Below are positions 61,921 through 64,000 of a stretch of 64,000 nucleotides of DNA, piece after piece. The translations under genes were made by a program, and so were the position numbers. The notes under the pieces were generated by a model, which was not told where the DNA came from, ran no database searches, and saw only the letters and a list, made by a program, of their open reading frames with translations. This DNA comes from Nostoc sp. DedSLP01 (GTDB lineage: Bacteria > Cyanobacteriota > Cyanobacteriia > Cyanobacteriales > Nostocaceae), in NCBI GenBank assembly GCA_034530875.2, contig JAVRCJ020000004.1, forward strand, positions 64,001-128,000. The letters are read 5' to 3'. Each line of letters starts with the position of its first letter. Within the stretch, counting starts at the first letter, position 1.

Positions 61921-61998
61921 CCCAAATGTAGAGACGTTGCAATGCAACGTCTCTACTATATTAATTATCTGCCTTTATGATTTCAGCGAGGTAACGCG

Positions 61999-62781
61999 AT
62001 GGTCATCGAAGCTAAAAATCTTGCCTTACCAGATCATACTCAACTACCAGAGTCCGATGGTACTTTCGTGAAAAATTTCCAAGAACATCCTCAAAGTATT
62101 CTATTGACTGATTCTATCCTGCCACGATTACAAGAAATTCATCCTGACGGCTATTATTGTATCGGTCAAGACTCTGGTATTTACTGGCGGTTAACAGAAC
62201 CACCAGAACGGGGTGCTGAGGCACCAGATTGGTTTTACGTACCTAATGTTCCACCAACTCTTGACGGTCAATTCCGACGTTCTTATGTTTTTTGGCAAGA
62301 ATTGATTGCACCGATGATTGTTTTAGAATTTGTCTCAGGAGATGGAGAGGAAGAACGAGATAAAACCCCTTACAAAGGAAAATTTTGGATTTATGAAAAT
62401 ATTATCCGTCCTCCTTATTACGGCATTTATGAAGTTAAAAAATCATCGGTGGAAGTATATCAATTAGTGGCTAATCATTACGAAAAAATGGTTCCTAATA
62501 GTAGGGGACATTATCCAATTCCACCAATGGGTGTGGAATTAGGTATTTGGCAAGGTAACTTTGTATCAAACGAAGAAATACCTTGGTTGCGGTGGTGGGA
62601 TGAACAAGGTAATCTACTGCTAACAGGAGATGAACGTGCCGAAGTTGAACGCCAACGCGCGGAAGCTGAACGCCAACGTGCAGAAGCTGAACGCCAACGT
62701 GCAGAAACGGTAGAGCAGGAAAATCAGCGGTTGCGGGAACGGTTACGTGCATTGGGTATCGATCCTGATGCGTTGAGTTAG
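61999..62781 (+). CDS. Uma2 family endonuclease-like protein with C-terminal coiled coil
   Basis: LPDHTQLPESDG, APDWFYVP, LEFVS, WLRWWD; AEAERQR heptad repeats. Confidence 0.9.
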   Translation: MVIEAKNLALPDHTQLPESDGTFVKNFQEHPQSILLTDSILPRLQEIHPDGYYCIGQDSGIYWRLTEPPERGAEAPDWFYVPNVPPTLDGQFRRSYVFWQELIAPMIVLEFVSGDGEEERDKTPYKGKFWIYENIIRPPYYGIYEVKKSSVEVYQLVANHYEKMVPNSRGHYPIPPMGVELGIWQGNFVSNEEIPWLRWWDEQGNLLLTGDERAEVERQRAEAERQRAEAERQRAETVEQENQRLRERLRALGIDPDALS

Positions 62782-62991
62782 CGAAAATGCCCTTACCAAA
62801 TTTTAGATTTTAGATTTTGGATTGTTCATTGAAAAATTCAAATCTAAAAAAAGTCCAAAATCCTCATGTAGAGACGCGATTAATCGCGTCTTCAAAGAGC
62901 AACTATCTCGACGAATAATCCTTAACCCAAGCGTATTACAATATCATTTAAGCTGGTAATATATATAACAAACTGCTTGTAGTTCTCAATT

Positions 62992-64000
62992 ATGCAAATC
63001 TGCCAAAATCCCAATTGCTCAAATCCTTTCAACCCTGATAGCAATAGATTTTGTATGAGTTGCGGACAAAATAACTTTGGCAACCTGCTGGGAAATCGCT
63101 ACCGTGTTTTGCAACTCTTAGGCGAAGGTGGGTTTGGTAGAACTTACACAGCAGAAGATACAGGTAGATTTGATGATGTTTGTGTCATTAAACAATTTTT
63201 TCCCCAAGTACAAGGAACAGCAGCACTTTCTAAAGCAGCAGAATTATTCAAACAAGAAGCTAAGCGACTTTATGAATTGGGAGAAAATCACTCTCAAATT
63301 CCGAGATTGTTAGCTTATTTTGAACAAGGTTCGAGCTTGTATTTGGTGCAAGAATTTATTCGCGGGCAAACTCTGCTCAAAGAACTTCAGCAAAAAGCTT
63401 TTAGTGAAGAACAAATTCGGGAACTTTTAGCAGATTTATTACCAGTTCTGCAATTCATCCACGATCGCAACGTCATCCATCGAGATATTAAGCCAGAAAA
63501 TATCATGCGAAGGGAGAGCGATCGCAAACTAATTCTAATAGATTTTGGCGGCGCCAAACAAGTAACACAAACTAGTTTAGCCAGACAAGCCACAGGAATT
63601 TACACCGTTGGTTATGCTCCTAGCGAACAAATGGCAGGATTCGCCACTCCTGTTAGCGATTTATATGCTTTGGGTGCAACTTGTGCCCGTCTTTTAACTC
63701 AAAGTCTGGCTGTGCAAGATACCTCTGGAAATCTCCATGACCGTCTTTATGATGCTTTTAACGCTCAGTGGATGTGGCGAGAACTTTTGCAAGAAAAAGG
63801 TGTTACTATCAGCGACGAGTTAGGGCAAATTTTAGATAAATTGCTCAAGCACTTGCCAAAGGAAAGATATCAATCAGCAGCAGAAGTTTTAGAAGATTTA
63901 AATTCTCCAAAAACCAAAATTCCAACAACAATTATTACAATTCCCCAACCGCAATTATTACCCGTTCAACCAAACACTACATCTCTACAAACTTTTGAAT
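62992..64000 (+). CDS. Ser/Thr protein kinase, paralog of 55730-57574; runs off the right edge at the start of a probable FGE domain
   Basis: Hand translation MQICQNPNCSNPFNPDSNRFCMSCGQ..LGEGGFGRTY..VIK..HRDIKPEN..DFG; ends SLQTFE, matching LKTFEF at the FGE start of the paralog. Not in the ORF track. Confidence 0.9.
   Translation, partial: MQICQNPNCSNPFNPDSNRFCMSCGQNNFGNLLGNRYRVLQLLGEGGFGRTYTAEDTGRFDDVCVIKQFFPQVQGTAALSKAAELFKQEAKRLYELGENHSQIPRLLAYFEQGSSLYLVQEFIRGQTLLKELQQKAFSEEQIRELLADLLPVLQFIHDRNVIHRDIKPENIMRRESDRKLILIDFGGAKQVTQTSLARQATGIYTVGYAPSEQMAGFATPVSDLYALGATCARLLTQSLAVQDTSGNLHDRLYDAFNAQWMWRELLQEKGVTISDELGQILDKLLKHLPKERYQSAAEVLEDLNSPKTKIPTTIITIPQPQLLPVQPNTTSLQTFE

Noticed and set aside
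62634..62706. 21-nt repeats in the Uma2 gene
   Set aside because: Ordinary AEAERQR coiled-coil tail, common in cyanobacterial Uma2 proteins.
1..64000. tRNA, rRNA, cas, transposase, integrase or reverse transcriptase genes
   Set aside because: No recognisable motifs found by eye; small structured RNAs in the long intergenic regions (12760-13310, 39840-40510, 53700-54290) cannot be excluded without a covariance-model search.

Overview
64-kb chromosomal segment of a filamentous, probably Nostocales, cyanobacterium (abundant HIP1 GCGATCGC, heptameric STRR repeats, hps locus). Most of it is housekeeping: mutS2 (partial), 1-Cys peroxiredoxin, hpsL/N/O/P, glmM, heme oxygenase, pirA with an NtcA box, ald, a small hli gene missing from the ORF track, three M16 peptidase subunits, argS and crtD. 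An orphan CRISPR array has 26 identical 37-nt repeats, a leader on the right and no cas genes in the window; its trailer repeat is split by a MITE with a 3-bp target duplication. Intergenic DNA is crowded with MITE- and REP-like elements, some nested and some fixed in-frame inside genes. The best candidate for an undescribed system is 57735-61170: a 117-aa protein with a central hydrophobic segment whose gene overlaps a CHAT protease + STAND NTPase + FGE-sulfatase (CLec-fold) gene. The 3' end of that gene looks like a DGR variable region followed by a hairpin, suggesting an NLR-like receptor with a diversifiable sensor. It sits between two paralogous Ser/Thr kinase-FGE genes. All family calls come from motif recognition; no database search was run.
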